Source: an uncultured Muribaculaceae bacterium (GTDB lineage Bacteria; Bacillota_I; Bacilli_A; RF39; UBA660). Taken from it: 64,000 nt of DNA. Numbering within the stretch: the stretch's first letter is position 1; each line of letters opens with the position of its first letter. The DNA lies in assembly GCA_964551965.1 (NCBI GenBank), contig CAZKFB010000001.1:7227-71226 (forward strand), given 5' to 3'. Shown piece by piece: positions 1-9,492 of this stretch. A model generated the notes under the pieces. It saw only the letters and a list, made by a program, of their open reading frames with translations. It had not been told where the DNA came from and did no database searches. The translations under genes and the position numbers were made by a program.

Positions 1-578
1 AAGGATTCGAAGGTTATCCTGGAAATATATGTGTATCAGTCAATGATGAAGTGGTTCATGGCATTGGCAGCGAGGATCACATATTAAAAGAAGGAGATAT
101 AGTTACACTAGATATTGTAACACTATATCAAGGATATCATTCAGATTCAGCAGTAACTCATGCTGTAGGAAAGGTTAATAAAGAAAAAGAACACTTATTA
201 ACCCATACAGAAAAAAGTTTATATGTTGGATTAAAAGAAATAAAAGATGGTGCTAAACTAGGAAGTGTTGGAGCAAGAATTCAACAATATGCTGAACGAC
301 ATGGTTTAGGAGTTGTAAGAGAACTTGTTGGACATGGAGTAGGGCACGAGATGCACGAAAACCCGGATGTACCAAACTATGGAGTATATAATACCGGGAT
401 TACTTTGAAAGCAGGCATGGTAATAGCTGTAGAACCAATGCTAACTGCTGGAAAAAGGTATGTAGCTATGTTAGATGATGATTGGACAATAGTTACGGAA
501 GATGGCAGACCAGCTGCTCACTTCGAACATACTGTTGCAGTTACAAAAGACGGCTATGAAATACTTACAGGAGAGTGA
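1..578 (+). CDS. map: Methionine aminopeptidase type I, 5'-partial (continues upstream of the window)
   Basis: Open frame from the window edge. Translation carries the MetAP-I metal-binding segments (GHGVGHEMHE, AVEP, FEHTV). Sits in the conserved position upstream of infA. Confidence 0.85.
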   Translation, partial: GFEGYPGNICVSVNDEVVHGIGSEDHILKEGDIVTLDIVTLYQGYHSDSAVTHAVGKVNKEKEHLLTHTEKSLYVGLKEIKDGAKLGSVGARIQQYAERHGLGVVRELVGHGVGHEMHENPDVPNYGVYNTGITLKAGMVIAVEPMLTAGKRYVAMLDDDWTIVTEDGRPAAHFEHTVAVTKDGYEILTGE

Positions 579-587
579 GAATTTTAA

Positions 588-839
588 ATGAAAGTGCAAA
601 ATAAGAAAAAAAATCAAAGAGAGCAAAAACAAAAAGAACAAAAGATAGAAGTAGAAGGAAAGGTTATCGATGTTACACATGAGATATATCGTGTACAGCT
701 TGATAACGGAATAACTATAACTGCCCATGTTTCTGGTAAAATACGTATGAATGTGATCCGTATCTTAGCAGGCGATAGGGTTATAGTAGAATTATCACCA
801 ACTGATTTAACACATGGGATAATAAAATATAGAAAATAA
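588..839 (+). CDS. infA: Translation initiation factor IF-1 with a Lys-rich N-terminal extension
   Basis: Core [10 protein letters not shown]...[31 protein letters not shown] matches the IF-1 S1-like fold. Conserved map-infA-rpmJ order. Confidence 0.85.
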   Translation: MKVQNKKKNQREQKQKEQKIEVEGKVIDVTHEIYRVQLDNGITITAHVSGKIRMNVIRILAGDRVIVELSPTDLTHGIIKYRK

Positions 840-850
840 GGAGGGTACTC

Positions 851-964
851 ATGAAAGTAAGAGCATCTGTAAAGAAAATTTGTCCAAAATGTAGAATAAT
901 AAGAAGAAAAGGCAAAAATATGGTTATTTGTGAAAATCCAAAACACAAACAAGTTCAAGGTTAG
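851..964 (+). CDS. rpmJ: 50S ribosomal protein L36
   Basis: 37-aa [40 protein letters not shown] with the L36 zinc-ribbon CxxC...C...H pattern. RBS GGAGGG lies upstream. Too short for the ORF track. Confidence 0.85.
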   Translation: MKVRASVKKICPKCRIIRRKGKNMVICENPKHKQVQG

Positions 965-975
965 GAGGGTATTAT

Positions 976-1350
976 ATGGCACGTATTAAGAATATTGAAT
1001 TACCAAAAGAAAAAGCTATTTATATTGGCTTAACTGCTATATATGGTATTGGTCAAAGTTCTGCAAAGAAGATTTGTAAGGCTTGTGATATTGATCCTGA
1101 AATTAAGGTTAAAGATATAACTGCTGATCAAGAAAATGCTATCAGAGCAGAAATTGATAACTATTTAGTAGAAGGTGAACTTCGTAGAGAAGTTCAAATG
1201 AACATTAAGAATAAAATGGAAATTGGTTCATACCAAGGAAGTAGACATAAAAAAGGTTTACCAGTTCATGGTCAAAGAACTAATAGAAATGCACGTACTC
1301 GTAAGGGTAAAGGAAAAGTAGTTGCTAACAAAAAGAAAGCTACTAAGTAA
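976..1350 (+). CDS. rpsM: 30S ribosomal protein S13
   Basis: MARI..IP..K.....LT.IYGIG N-terminus and a basic C-terminal tail. RBS AGGAGGG upstream. Confidence 0.95.
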   Translation: MARIKNIELPKEKAIYIGLTAIYGIGQSSAKKICKACDIDPEIKVKDITADQENAIRAEIDNYLVEGELRREVQMNIKNKMEIGSYQGSRHKKGLPVHGQRTNRNARTRKGKGKVVANKKKATK

Positions 1351-1369
1351 TTAAAGGAGGTTATTAAGA

Positions 1370-1753
1370 ATGGCTTATAATAGAAGAAAAAGAAAAGTTA
1401 AAAAGAATATTCCTGAAGCTGTAGCTCATATTACATCATCTTATAATAATACACTTGTTACAATTGCTGATAAAGATGGAAACACAATTAGTTGGGCATC
1501 AAGCGGAACTATCGGATACAAAGGATCAAAGAAGAAAACTCCATACGCTGCTGGTGTAGCTGCTGAGAGTGCAGGAAAGGCTGCAATGGATGCAGGAGTT
1601 GTTAAAGTATCTGTTATTGTTAAAGGTTTAGGTGGAGGTAGAGAAACTGCTATTCGTTCACTTCAAACTGTTGGATTAGAAATAACATCTATTACTGATG
1701 AAACACCAATTCCACATAATGGTTGTAGACCACCAAAACGTCCAAGAAACTAA
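1370..1753 (+). CDS. rpsK: 30S ribosomal protein S11
   Basis: Contains AHI.S..NNT.VTI.D..GN..SW.S.G..G.KGS.K.TP.AA. Lies in the operon position after rpsM. Confidence 0.95.
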   Translation: MAYNRRKRKVKKNIPEAVAHITSSYNNTLVTIADKDGNTISWASSGTIGYKGSKKKTPYAAGVAAESAGKAAMDAGVVKVSVIVKGLGGGRETAIRSLQTVGLEITSITDETPIPHNGCRPPKRPRN

Positions 1754-1786
1754 TAAATAAAGTAATTAAGGAAAGAGGATTGAAAT

Positions 1787-2725
1787 ATGAATTTTGAAAA
1801 ACCAGAATATAAGATTACTGAATATGTTGAAAGTAAAAACTATGGTAAATTTGAACTAGAACCTTTAGAAAGAGGTTTTGGTACAACTATTGGAAATGCA
1901 TTAAGAAGAGTAATGTTATCTAGTATGCCAGGCTCAGCCGTTACTAGTGTTAAAATTGATGGAGTTATGCATGAATTCCAAAAAATTGATGGTGTAAGAG
2001 AAGATGTAATGAATATCATCTTAAATCTTAAATCATTAGTTGTTAAAAATCATTCTACTGAAAAAAAGGTAATGCATTTAACAGCATCTAAAGAAGGTCC
2101 AGTTACTGCAGGCGACATTGATCATGATGCTGATATTGAAATAGTAAATCCTGATTTAGTTATTTGTAATTTAGTTAAGGACGGAAAAATCAGTATTGAA
2201 ATGACTGTTGATAATGGTCGTGGATATGTTGATGCAAAAGAAAATAAGAAAAAAGTTGGAGAATCTGCAGGAGTTATTCCTATAGATTCACTATATTCTC
2301 CAGTTGAAAAGGTTTCATTTGAAGTAGAGAATGCTCGTGTAGGACATAATGAAAACTATGATAAGTTAATTATGGAAGTTTACACTAATGGTTCAATTAC
2401 TCCAGAAGAATGTATGGCTTTAGCTAGTAGAATTTTAATCGAACATTTAAATATTGTTGCTGATTTAAATCAAATAGCTGACATAACTGGAATAATAGCT
2501 GAAAAGAAAGTTGATACAATTACTAAGACTTTAGAAACTCCAATCGAAGAAATCGAATTCTCAGTAAGAGCATATAATTGCTTAAAACGTGCTGGAATTC
2601 ATACAATGCAAGATTTAATCGATAAGAGAGAAGTAGAAGTTACTAAGATTAGAAACTTAGGTAAGAAATCACTTAAAGAAGTTATTGATAAAGTTAATGA
2701 AATGGGATTAAAATTCCGCGATTAA
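1787..2725 (+). CDS. rpoA: DNA-directed RNA polymerase subunit alpha
   Basis: 312 aa. N-terminal GTT.GNALRR.LLSS..G motif and the C-terminal alpha-CTD motif (SVRAYNCLKRAGI.T..DL). Conserved position between rpsK and rplQ. Confidence 0.95.
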   Translation: MNFEKPEYKITEYVESKNYGKFELEPLERGFGTTIGNALRRVMLSSMPGSAVTSVKIDGVMHEFQKIDGVREDVMNIILNLKSLVVKNHSTEKKVMHLTASKEGPVTAGDIDHDADIEIVNPDLVICNLVKDGKISIEMTVDNGRGYVDAKENKKKVGESAGVIPIDSLYSPVEKVSFEVENARVGHNENYDKLIMEVYTNGSITPEECMALASRILIEHLNIVADLNQIADITGIIAEKKVDTITKTLETPIEEIEFSVRAYNCLKRAGIHTMQDLIDKREVEVTKIRNLGKKSLKEVIDKVNEMGLKFRD

Positions 2726-2750
2726 AAAATAAAACAAGGAGGTAACACTA

Positions 2751-3092
2751 ATGTATAGAAAATTAGGAAGGGAATCTAGAATTAGAAGAAGTATATTAGC
2801 TGGTATTACTAAAGATGTCATTATGAATGAAGGTGTTGTTACTACTGAAGCTAGAGCTAAAGAAGTAAGAAAGTTCGTTGATAAAATGATTACTTATGGT
2901 AAAGATGGATCTTTAGTTGCAAGAAGAAAAGCCTTAGCTTTCTTACACAATGATAAACGTGTTGTTGATAAAGTATTTAATGAATTAGCTCCACGTTATA
3001 AAGAAAGAAATGGCGGATATACAAGAATCATTAAACTAAAAGAAAGAGTTGGAGACGATGCTCTAACTGTAAGACTTGAATTAGTTGACTAA
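2751..3092 (+). CDS. rplQ: 50S ribosomal protein L17
   Basis: MYRKLGR....R....A.... N-terminus and the TTEARAKE.R..V.K.IT.GK motif. Last gene of the alpha operon. Confidence 0.95.
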   Translation: MYRKLGRESRIRRSILAGITKDVIMNEGVVTTEARAKEVRKFVDKMITYGKDGSLVARRKALAFLHNDKRVVDKVFNELAPRYKERNGGYTRIIKLKERVGDDALTVRLELVD

Positions 3093-3106
3093 TCAAGTCT
3101 TTTTTC
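3087..3106 (+). terminator. Weak intrinsic terminator after rplQ
   Basis: Short GACT/AGTC hairpin overlapping the stop codon, followed by a 6-T run. Confidence 0.35.
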
Positions 3107-3148
3107 TTGTATTAAATTGTTTTATAATTATATTTGAGAGTGGTATTA

Positions 3149-3403
3149 ATGAAATTTAGAAAGAGTAAAGCAGGTATTTATATACTAATTGTAAATATTT
3201 TATATATACTAATGACTTTGACTAATGATACTGAATTATTAGTTAAATTAATAACTACGATAATATCGGGCTTCATTGCTGTTACATTAAATGGTTATAT
3301 GATTAAGATGACAAAAAGAAAAAAGACAAATGTAATATGCTTTATCTTGAATATAATAATTTTAAATATATTATTAATGTATCCGATATATAATCCTATC
3401 TAA
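3149..3403 (+). CDS. Small hypothetical membrane protein
   Basis: ATG at 3149 with GAGAGTGG upstream. The ORF track's TTG start at 3134 probably over-extends. Two hydrophobic segments. AT-rich region, so weak support. Confidence 0.25.
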   Translation: MKFRKSKAGIYILIVNILYILMTLTNDTELLVKLITTIISGFIAVTLNGYMIKMTKRKKTNVICFILNIIILNILLMYPIYNPI

Positions 3404-3735
3404 AGAAAGTTAAAGAGTTATTTTTCGTTTGTGGAATGCTCTTTTTTATATTATTTTGGTTATTATTAATTGAAGGCATATTTAACTTAGGTAGATTACT
3501 ATTGGACATTTTACTTCTAATTGATCTAATAGTAGGAGTAATATCACGGACTAGGGGAAGTGCACGATTAGCAATATTTAAAATTCTTAAACTACTAGAT
3601 AAAAAATTGGAAAAGTTAGAAAACACATGTATCACCTAATAAATTATATGATTAATTAATAAAAATGTTTAATATTGTTTTTTTTTATGCTATAATTGAA
3701 TCATAGTGAGATACTAGAAAGTAGGTGTCTGAAGA

Positions 3736-5304
3736 ATGGGGTTAGCAAAAGAATCAGGACATAAGCAAGATAATTTCTTCTTATTCTTTCCTATGTATGT
3801 ATGTTTAGGAGTATATTACATTTTAAGAACTTTAGTTTCTCCATTATTAATTGTTTGGAATTCTTTATCAGATTCATTATATAGTGGAATTACTAAAAGA
3901 AATAATGCTGATGATGGTAGAATCTTCATGACTGAGCAAGAGAGATTAGATTATATTAAAGCTCAGGAATCAAAGAATCCGGAAGAAGCTAAGAAAGAAA
4001 TACATGTAAATCCTAAATTAATAGAAGAAAGAGAAAACTTAATTAATGCTATTGATTCAGGAACAGAAATAAGAAGTGATAAACCAGTAACATATCGTTA
4101 TACAGCTTTAACTCCAGAAGGAAAGCAAGTTACTAATTCATTCTATGCTTTTTCTAAAGTTGAAGTTTATACATTCTTAGAGAATGAAGGATATAAAGTA
4201 TTTAAAATAGAGACTTCTCCAATGATTGAAAGATTATATGGACCAAGTAAGTTTAATACAGGAAGAATTAGTACTAAGAATATAGTTTTCTGGTTACAAC
4301 AATTATCTACATATTTAAAGAGTGGAATACCATTAACTGATGCAATGCGTATTTTAAGTAAACAAATGGGTAGAAACAAGAATATTAAAAGAGTTTTTGA
4401 TGCTGTTGTATATAATTTAACATTAGGTGAAAGTTTCTCAAGTGCTTTGGAAAAACAAGGAGAAGCATTCCCAGCATTATTAATTAATATGGTTAAGTCA
4501 GCAGAAGCTACCGGAGATCTTGAAGGAACACTTGATGAGATGGCTGATTATTATAAGGCAACAGAGACAACTAGAAAAGAAATGATCAGTGCTTTAACTT
4601 ATCCTTGTCTAGTAATGTTCTTCTCAATATGTGTTATTACATTTATTCTTGTATATTTGATACCTCAATTTGTTGGAATATATGAGACTGCCGGAGTTAC
4701 TTTAAATCCAATTACAGCCGGTATTATTGTAGCAAGTAATTATTTAAAAGCTAATTTATTCTATATTATATTAGTAGTTGCAATGATTATTGTCGTACTT
4801 TATGTTTTATATACGAATATTAAAGCATTTAGATATTTTGCACAAACAGTATTAATGAAAATTCCAGTAATTGGAAAAGTAATTATCTATAAAGAAATGA
4901 TGATATTTACAAAAACATTCTCAAGTTTACTTAAGAATAATGTATTTATTACTGAATCTATGGATATTTTAAGAAAAGTTACTAATAATGAAATTTATAG
5001 AGAGATAATGATTAATACTATAAATGCTATTGGTCGAGGAGAAAAGATTTCGACATCATTCTATGGCCATTGGGCTATTCCCGAAGTAGCTTATTATATG
5101 ATGGTTACTGGTGAATCTACCGGTGAACTTGCTGAAATGATGGGAAAAGTAGCAGATTATTATCAAGAACAACATAAGATGATTGTCGATTCAATGAAGA
5201 CATTAATTGAACCTATCTTAATTATTTTCCTAGCAGTTGTTGTTGGTGGAATTATAATTGCTGTAATTGTTCCAATGTTCAGTCTATATCAAAACTTAAT
5301 GTAA
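3736..5304 (+). CDS. Type IV pilus / T2SS platform protein (GspF/PilC/ComGB family)
   Basis: Two T2SS-F repeats are recognisable: (1) NIVFWLQQLSTYLKSGIPLTDAMRIL...GESFSSALEKQGEAFPALLINMVKSAEATGDLEGTL, and (2) ALTYP...LIPQF...SSLLKNNVFITESMD...GESTGELAEMM. Three TM segments. AGGTG RBS before 3736. An alternative start at 3928 would drop an odd hydrophobic N-terminus. Confidence 0.8.
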   Translation: MGLAKESGHKQDNFFLFFPMYVCLGVYYILRTLVSPLLIVWNSLSDSLYSGITKRNNADDGRIFMTEQERLDYIKAQESKNPEEAKKEIHVNPKLIEERENLINAIDSGTEIRSDKPVTYRYTALTPEGKQVTNSFYAFSKVEVYTFLENEGYKVFKIETSPMIERLYGPSKFNTGRISTKNIVFWLQQLSTYLKSGIPLTDAMRILSKQMGRNKNIKRVFDAVVYNLTLGESFSSALEKQGEAFPALLINMVKSAEATGDLEGTLDEMADYYKATETTRKEMISALTYPCLVMFFSICVITFILVYLIPQFVGIYETAGVTLNPITAGIIVASNYLKANLFYIILVVAMIIVVLYVLYTNIKAFRYFAQTVLMKIPVIGKVIIYKEMMIFTKTFSSLLKNNVFITESMDILRKVTNNEIYREIMINTINAIGRGEKISTSFYGHWAIPEVAYYMMVTGESTGELAEMMGKVADYYQEQHKMIVDSMKTLIEPILIIFLAVVVGGIIIAVIVPMFSLYQNLM

Positions 5305-5323
5305 TTTCTACAAGGAGGGTATT

Positions 5324-6088
5324 ATGGATGTGATTGTGGTTTATCTGTTTATAGCAGGATTATTCTTTGGTTCATTTTTCAATTGTATTGCAAATAGACT
5401 AAGTAAAAATGAATCGATAATTCGACCAGGATCACATTGCGAAAATTGTAAACATGAATTAGCCTGGTATGAATTAATACCAGTTTTTTCATACATTTTT
5501 TTAAGAGGTAGATGTAAGAAATGTCATACTAAATTGAGTGTATGGTATCCATTAACAGAAATTATAACGGGATTATTGTTTGCTATTTCTTATATTCGAT
5601 TTGGTTTTACTATTGAAACTCTTATATCAATTACTATTGTTTCTATTTTAATTATTACATTTATAAGTGATATTAGTTATTATATTATACTAGATGAAGT
5701 AGTATTTATTGGGCTCTTGATAATGGTTGTATTGATGTATTTTAACTCAGGCGTTACGGGACTTATAAAGAGTATTATTGGTTGCTTATTTATTGGTGGT
5801 GTAATGACGTTCATTAAGTTAATAGGGGATAAAGCATTTAAAACAGAATCATTGGGATGGGGAGATATTAAACTAAGTTTAATAGCAGGATTTATTCTAG
5901 GTATTAGATTAGGTGCTGTATATATCTTTTTAGGTTCTCTTATAGCTTTACCGTTTGGAATTATTTTATCTTTTAAAAGTAAATCAAAGATTATACCTTT
6001 CGGACCTTTTTTATCGATAAGTTTAATTATTATATATTGGTTTAGCCCAGTATTTTATTCAATTTTAAATATTTTGTTAGGAGTATAA
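5324..6088 (+). CDS. Prepilin peptidase (A24 family, PilD/ComC-like)
   Basis: N-terminal zinc-binding CENC....C..C tetrad, a polytopic membrane profile and a GWGDIKL catalytic-Asp motif (GGGDVKL-like). RBS AGGAGGG upstream. Confidence 0.85.
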   Translation: MDVIVVYLFIAGLFFGSFFNCIANRLSKNESIIRPGSHCENCKHELAWYELIPVFSYIFLRGRCKKCHTKLSVWYPLTEIITGLLFAISYIRFGFTIETLISITIVSILIITFISDISYYIILDEVVFIGLLIMVVLMYFNSGVTGLIKSIIGCLFIGGVMTFIKLIGDKAFKTESLGWGDIKLSLIAGFILGIRLGAVYIFLGSLIALPFGIILSFKSKSKIIPFGPFLSISLIIIYWFSPVFYSILNILLGV

Positions 6089-6090
6089 AT

Positions 6091-7626
6091 ATGAAGAAGT
6101 TAATTATAACATTGTTATTATCCTTATTCTTTGTTGGTAATGTTGATGCCTTAACGACAATTAATAAGATGGATATTAATGTTAAAATCGATGAAAATGG
6201 TATTGCAACAGTAAGTGAAGTATGGTCAATGCCAAAGCAGAATTCTACAGAGATAAAAAAAACATTTTATAATACAGCTAATTCTAAAATAACAGATTTA
6301 GTATTAACTGATTCCAATAGTCATCAATATATAAATTCGAATAATATTAAAAATAAAATATATAATTATAAACTTAGTAGTAGAGGTAAGAGTAATTACT
6401 TATATATTAATACGGATGGCAGTGAGAAAGTTATTACATTAAACTATAAAATAACAGGAATGATTAAATCTTATAATGATCTAGATGGTATTAATTGGTA
6501 TTTTTTAAATACATCTAATGATATGGATGTTAAATCTCTTAATGTTACTATTGAAGATGTTTATCCATACACGGAAGGCAATGTTGGTTTATACGGAATA
6601 GGTAATAATCTTGATTGTTCAATAAAAGAAGGGAAAATTATTTTAAGAGCCGAATATTTAAGTAATCATAGTAAAGTATTACTATTAACTACATTCACTG
6701 ATAAGAAATATAATAATACGATTAAAATAAATAGCAATTATATAGATTATTATAAAAAGAATAAACCTTCAATAATAAATGATATTAGAAATTTTTTAGC
6801 TAGTGAAACTGTATTAATTATTATTATTGTATTCACTTTAATAGTTATCTTTGTAATATTAAGAGTGAGTTTAGGTAAAAAGAATAATATCTTTGATTCT
6901 CTAACTATTAAGAGTAAGACTAATTTAGTTCATTCGACAAAGGATGCTGAATATTATGAACTGCTTCCTTGTGATGGAGATTTCTATCATCTAGAGTTCT
7001 TAGCAGCATTCTTCAATATAACTAAGAGTAGATCTAATATAATTGCGGCAACTATTCTAAGATGGATTATAAATGGACTTGCCGAAATGGATAGTCAAGA
7101 CAAAGTAATAATCTTAAAAGAGAATTTAAAGTTTACTAATCCTTTAGATGAAAAACTATATGAGATTTTAATTGAATCATGCGGATCCAATAAGATCAAG
7201 AAAAATACTCTTAATAAATATATTGAAAATAATCAAGAGAAGTTAGATGAATGGTATATGAGTATTTATGAATATGCTATAAATAAAGAATATAATTTAG
7301 GTAATATTAAAAAAGGCAAGAAAACATTAATAGTAACCGACGAAGTTGTTGAATCAGCAAATAAATTAATGGGATTAAAGAAATATCTTCTTAACTTTAA
7401 TCAAGTACCAAGATCAAGTGAATTAACTCCAAAATTATATGAAGATTTACTTATTGTAGCATGTCTTTTAGGATTATCAAATTCTCTTTCTAAAGAGATA
7501 TTAAGAAAGAATAAGGACAATAGACTAGCTTTAGTATTAGAAGAATTTACGAATGTTAGAGATATCTTACTTCCGACATATACTATAAAGACTAGTAAAG
7601 TTAATTTTATTGAATCGATAAAATAA
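6091..7626 (+). CDS. Hypothetical protein with signal peptide, extracellular domain, single TM and cytoplasmic C-terminal domain
   Basis: N-terminal MKKLIITLLLSLFFVGNVDA signal. Internal TM VLIIIIVFTLIVIFVIL near residue 240. Its start overlaps the stop of the peptidase gene. No family recognised. Confidence 0.5.
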   Translation: MKKLIITLLLSLFFVGNVDALTTINKMDINVKIDENGIATVSEVWSMPKQNSTEIKKTFYNTANSKITDLVLTDSNSHQYINSNNIKNKIYNYKLSSRGKSNYLYINTDGSEKVITLNYKITGMIKSYNDLDGINWYFLNTSNDMDVKSLNVTIEDVYPYTEGNVGLYGIGNNLDCSIKEGKIILRAEYLSNHSKVLLLTTFTDKKYNNTIKINSNYIDYYKKNKPSIINDIRNFLASETVLIIIIVFTLIVIFVILRVSLGKKNNIFDSLTIKSKTNLVHSTKDAEYYELLPCDGDFYHLEFLAAFFNITKSRSNIIAATILRWIINGLAEMDSQDKVIILKENLKFTNPLDEKLYEILIESCGSNKIKKNTLNKYIENNQEKLDEWYMSIYEYAINKEYNLGNIKKGKKTLIVTDEVVESANKLMGLKKYLLNFNQVPRSSELTPKLYEDLLIVACLLGLSNSLSKEILRKNKDNRLALVLEEFTNVRDILLPTYTIKTSKVNFIESIK

Positions 7627-7742
7627 ATTTTAAGATTAACATGTAAAGTCATTAAAACTTATGTCGAATAGTGTTGAGAATAACATACTTTATGGTAAAA
7701 TCTAAAGTAGAAATAATAACATAGAAAGAAGGAAGTAAGAAA

Positions 7743-8324
7743 ATGAAAGGAAAAACAAAAAAGAGCATTTTAGTTCTAGTAGTACTACTATCAATAGGAT
7801 TTGCAGCTGTAACTACTACATTAACAATTAACGGAACACTTCGTTTAGGAGCAAATCAGGATAATTTCAAAGATAATTTGATTTTTACAAAAGCTGAATT
7901 GACATATTCTGAAGATGTTTCAACAGAAGTAGAAGAAGGAGAAAATGCAACAATTTCTGTAGATGGAAAGTCAATATCATTTACTACAAGAACACTAAAG
8001 AATATTGGAAGTGTAGCAACACTAACATATGATATAACTAATAATTCTCAATATACTGCAGAATTTACGGGAATTACTTGTACAGTTACAAATAGTGATG
8101 GAGTTGATGTAACAGATGCAGTAAAAGGAAATACTGATTATATTACATTAGATGCTAAAGATTTCACTAATGAAAGTGGAAATATAAAAATCAAACCTAC
8201 TGAAAAAGTTGAAGGTCATACCTTAAAAGTTGGTATGAGAAAATCATTTGTAGGTGATGAAACTAATAATCAAACACAATATACAATAAATTGTACTATT
8301 AATGCTTCAGGTTTATCTGATTAA
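7743..8324 (+). CDS. Small secreted protein with TasA/camelysin-type (SipW-cognate-like) signal peptide
   Basis: n-h-c signal MKGKTKKSILVLVVLLSIGFA|AVTTTLTINGTL. The G-x-F-A cleavage context resembles TasA (GTWA|A) and camelysin (GTFA|F). The gene immediately precedes a SipW-type peptidase. RBS GAAGGAAG upstream. Confidence 0.55.
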   Translation: MKGKTKKSILVLVVLLSIGFAAVTTTLTINGTLRLGANQDNFKDNLIFTKAELTYSEDVSTEVEEGENATISVDGKSISFTTRTLKNIGSVATLTYDITNNSQYTAEFTGITCTVTNSDGVDVTDAVKGNTDYITLDAKDFTNESGNIKIKPTEKVEGHTLKVGMRKSFVGDETNNQTQYTINCTINASGLSD

Positions 8325-8332
8325 TAATAAGA

Positions 8333-9475
8333 GTGGTGAGAAATATGTTAAAATATGTACTGCAAGTACTTTCAATATTATTAACGATTTCTCTTTTATT
8401 CTTTAATATTTATATTTCAAAATCAATAAGTTTTATCTTTACTCTTGCAGTACTAATAGGTCTCTTAATCGTGAGCTTTTTCTTGTGTGGATATAGAAGA
8501 ATAGATAAAAGGGACTATAAATATAAGATTTTGCTTATAGCAGGATTAGCATTTGTTCTTCAGAGTATATTATTCTTGATTGGAACAAAGACAGGATATA
8601 TTGCAAACTATAGCTCAATATTTAAAAATTATATTGAAAAGAATATGGTATTAACAGTATTCTTAATTATATTAGTAAGAGAAGTTGTTCGATATTTAGT
8701 ATTAAATGTACGCGCAGCAACTAAGATGCAAAGTATACTTATTAATGTTTTACTTGTAGTTATGTGCATATTAGTAGATATATCTATTTCTACTAAAATA
8801 TATACATTTACTTCATTTACATTAGTTTACGAATTTGTTGCATTATTCTTAATACCTAGTGCAGCAAAGAATATTTTACTCAATTATTTGAGTATTATTG
8901 GAGGCTATCCAATTACTATAATATATATATTAATCATGGATTTATATATTTATTTCATGCCAGTAAGACCTAAATTAAATATGTTGCTAGAATCAATTAT
9001 TTTACTAGTATTTCCATATTTAGTATATAATTATATAAGAAAGTTAAATAATAAGAAAACGATTATAAAGAAAAAAGAAAAGAGAAAAAATAAAGTAGTT
9101 AGTTTAATTTCATCAATAGTATTTATTCTACTTGTATGTTTGGTTTCAAGAGAATTTAAATATTCAATGATTGGGATAGGTTCTGAATCAATGACTGGTA
9201 CAATAAATAAGGGAGATGCAATAATTTATAAAAGACATGAAGGTCACGAAAACCTAATGAATAGAGTGATTGTATATAAAAGGAAAGACATAATGATTGT
9301 TCATCGTGTTATAAAAGTTTATGCTTTAGATGATGAGTATGTATTTCAAACTAAAGGAGATGCAAATGAATCGGCAGATAATTGGCTAGTAGAAGAAAAA
9401 GATGTACTGGGTACAGTAGAGTGGCGTATACCACTCATTGCATGGCCATCAGTTTTACTAAGCGAAATATTTTAA
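8333..9475 (+). CDS. Polytopic membrane protein with C-terminal ER-type signal peptidase I domain (S26B, SipW/Sec11-like)
   Basis: The C-terminal ~120 aa carry the S26B boxes GSESMTGTINKGD (SGSMEP-like catalytic Ser), IVHRVI (catalytic His) and TKGDANE (KGDNN-like). They are preceded by the peptidase's own TM (VVSLISSIVFILLVCLV). The N-terminal ~270 aa are a separate domain of about 7 TMs. Confidence 0.75.
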   Translation: MVRNMLKYVLQVLSILLTISLLFFNIYISKSISFIFTLAVLIGLLIVSFFLCGYRRIDKRDYKYKILLIAGLAFVLQSILFLIGTKTGYIANYSSIFKNYIEKNMVLTVFLIILVREVVRYLVLNVRAATKMQSILINVLLVVMCILVDISISTKIYTFTSFTLVYEFVALFLIPSAAKNILLNYLSIIGGYPITIIYILIMDLYIYFMPVRPKLNMLLESIILLVFPYLVYNYIRKLNNKKTIIKKKEKRKNKVVSLISSIVFILLVCLVSREFKYSMIGIGSESMTGTINKGDAIIYKRHEGHENLMNRVIVYKRKDIMIVHRVIKVYALDDEYVFQTKGDANESADNWLVEEKDVLGTVEWRIPLIAWPSVLLSEIF

Positions 9476-9492
9476 AATTGGAGTGGTAAATA

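Noticed and set aside
3396-3639. Overlapping small ORFs 3396..3635 (-) and 3436..3639 (+) between rplQ and pilC
   Set aside because: Mutually overlapping on opposite strands in an extremely AT-rich spacer. No RBS and low-complexity translations. Most likely chance ORFs.
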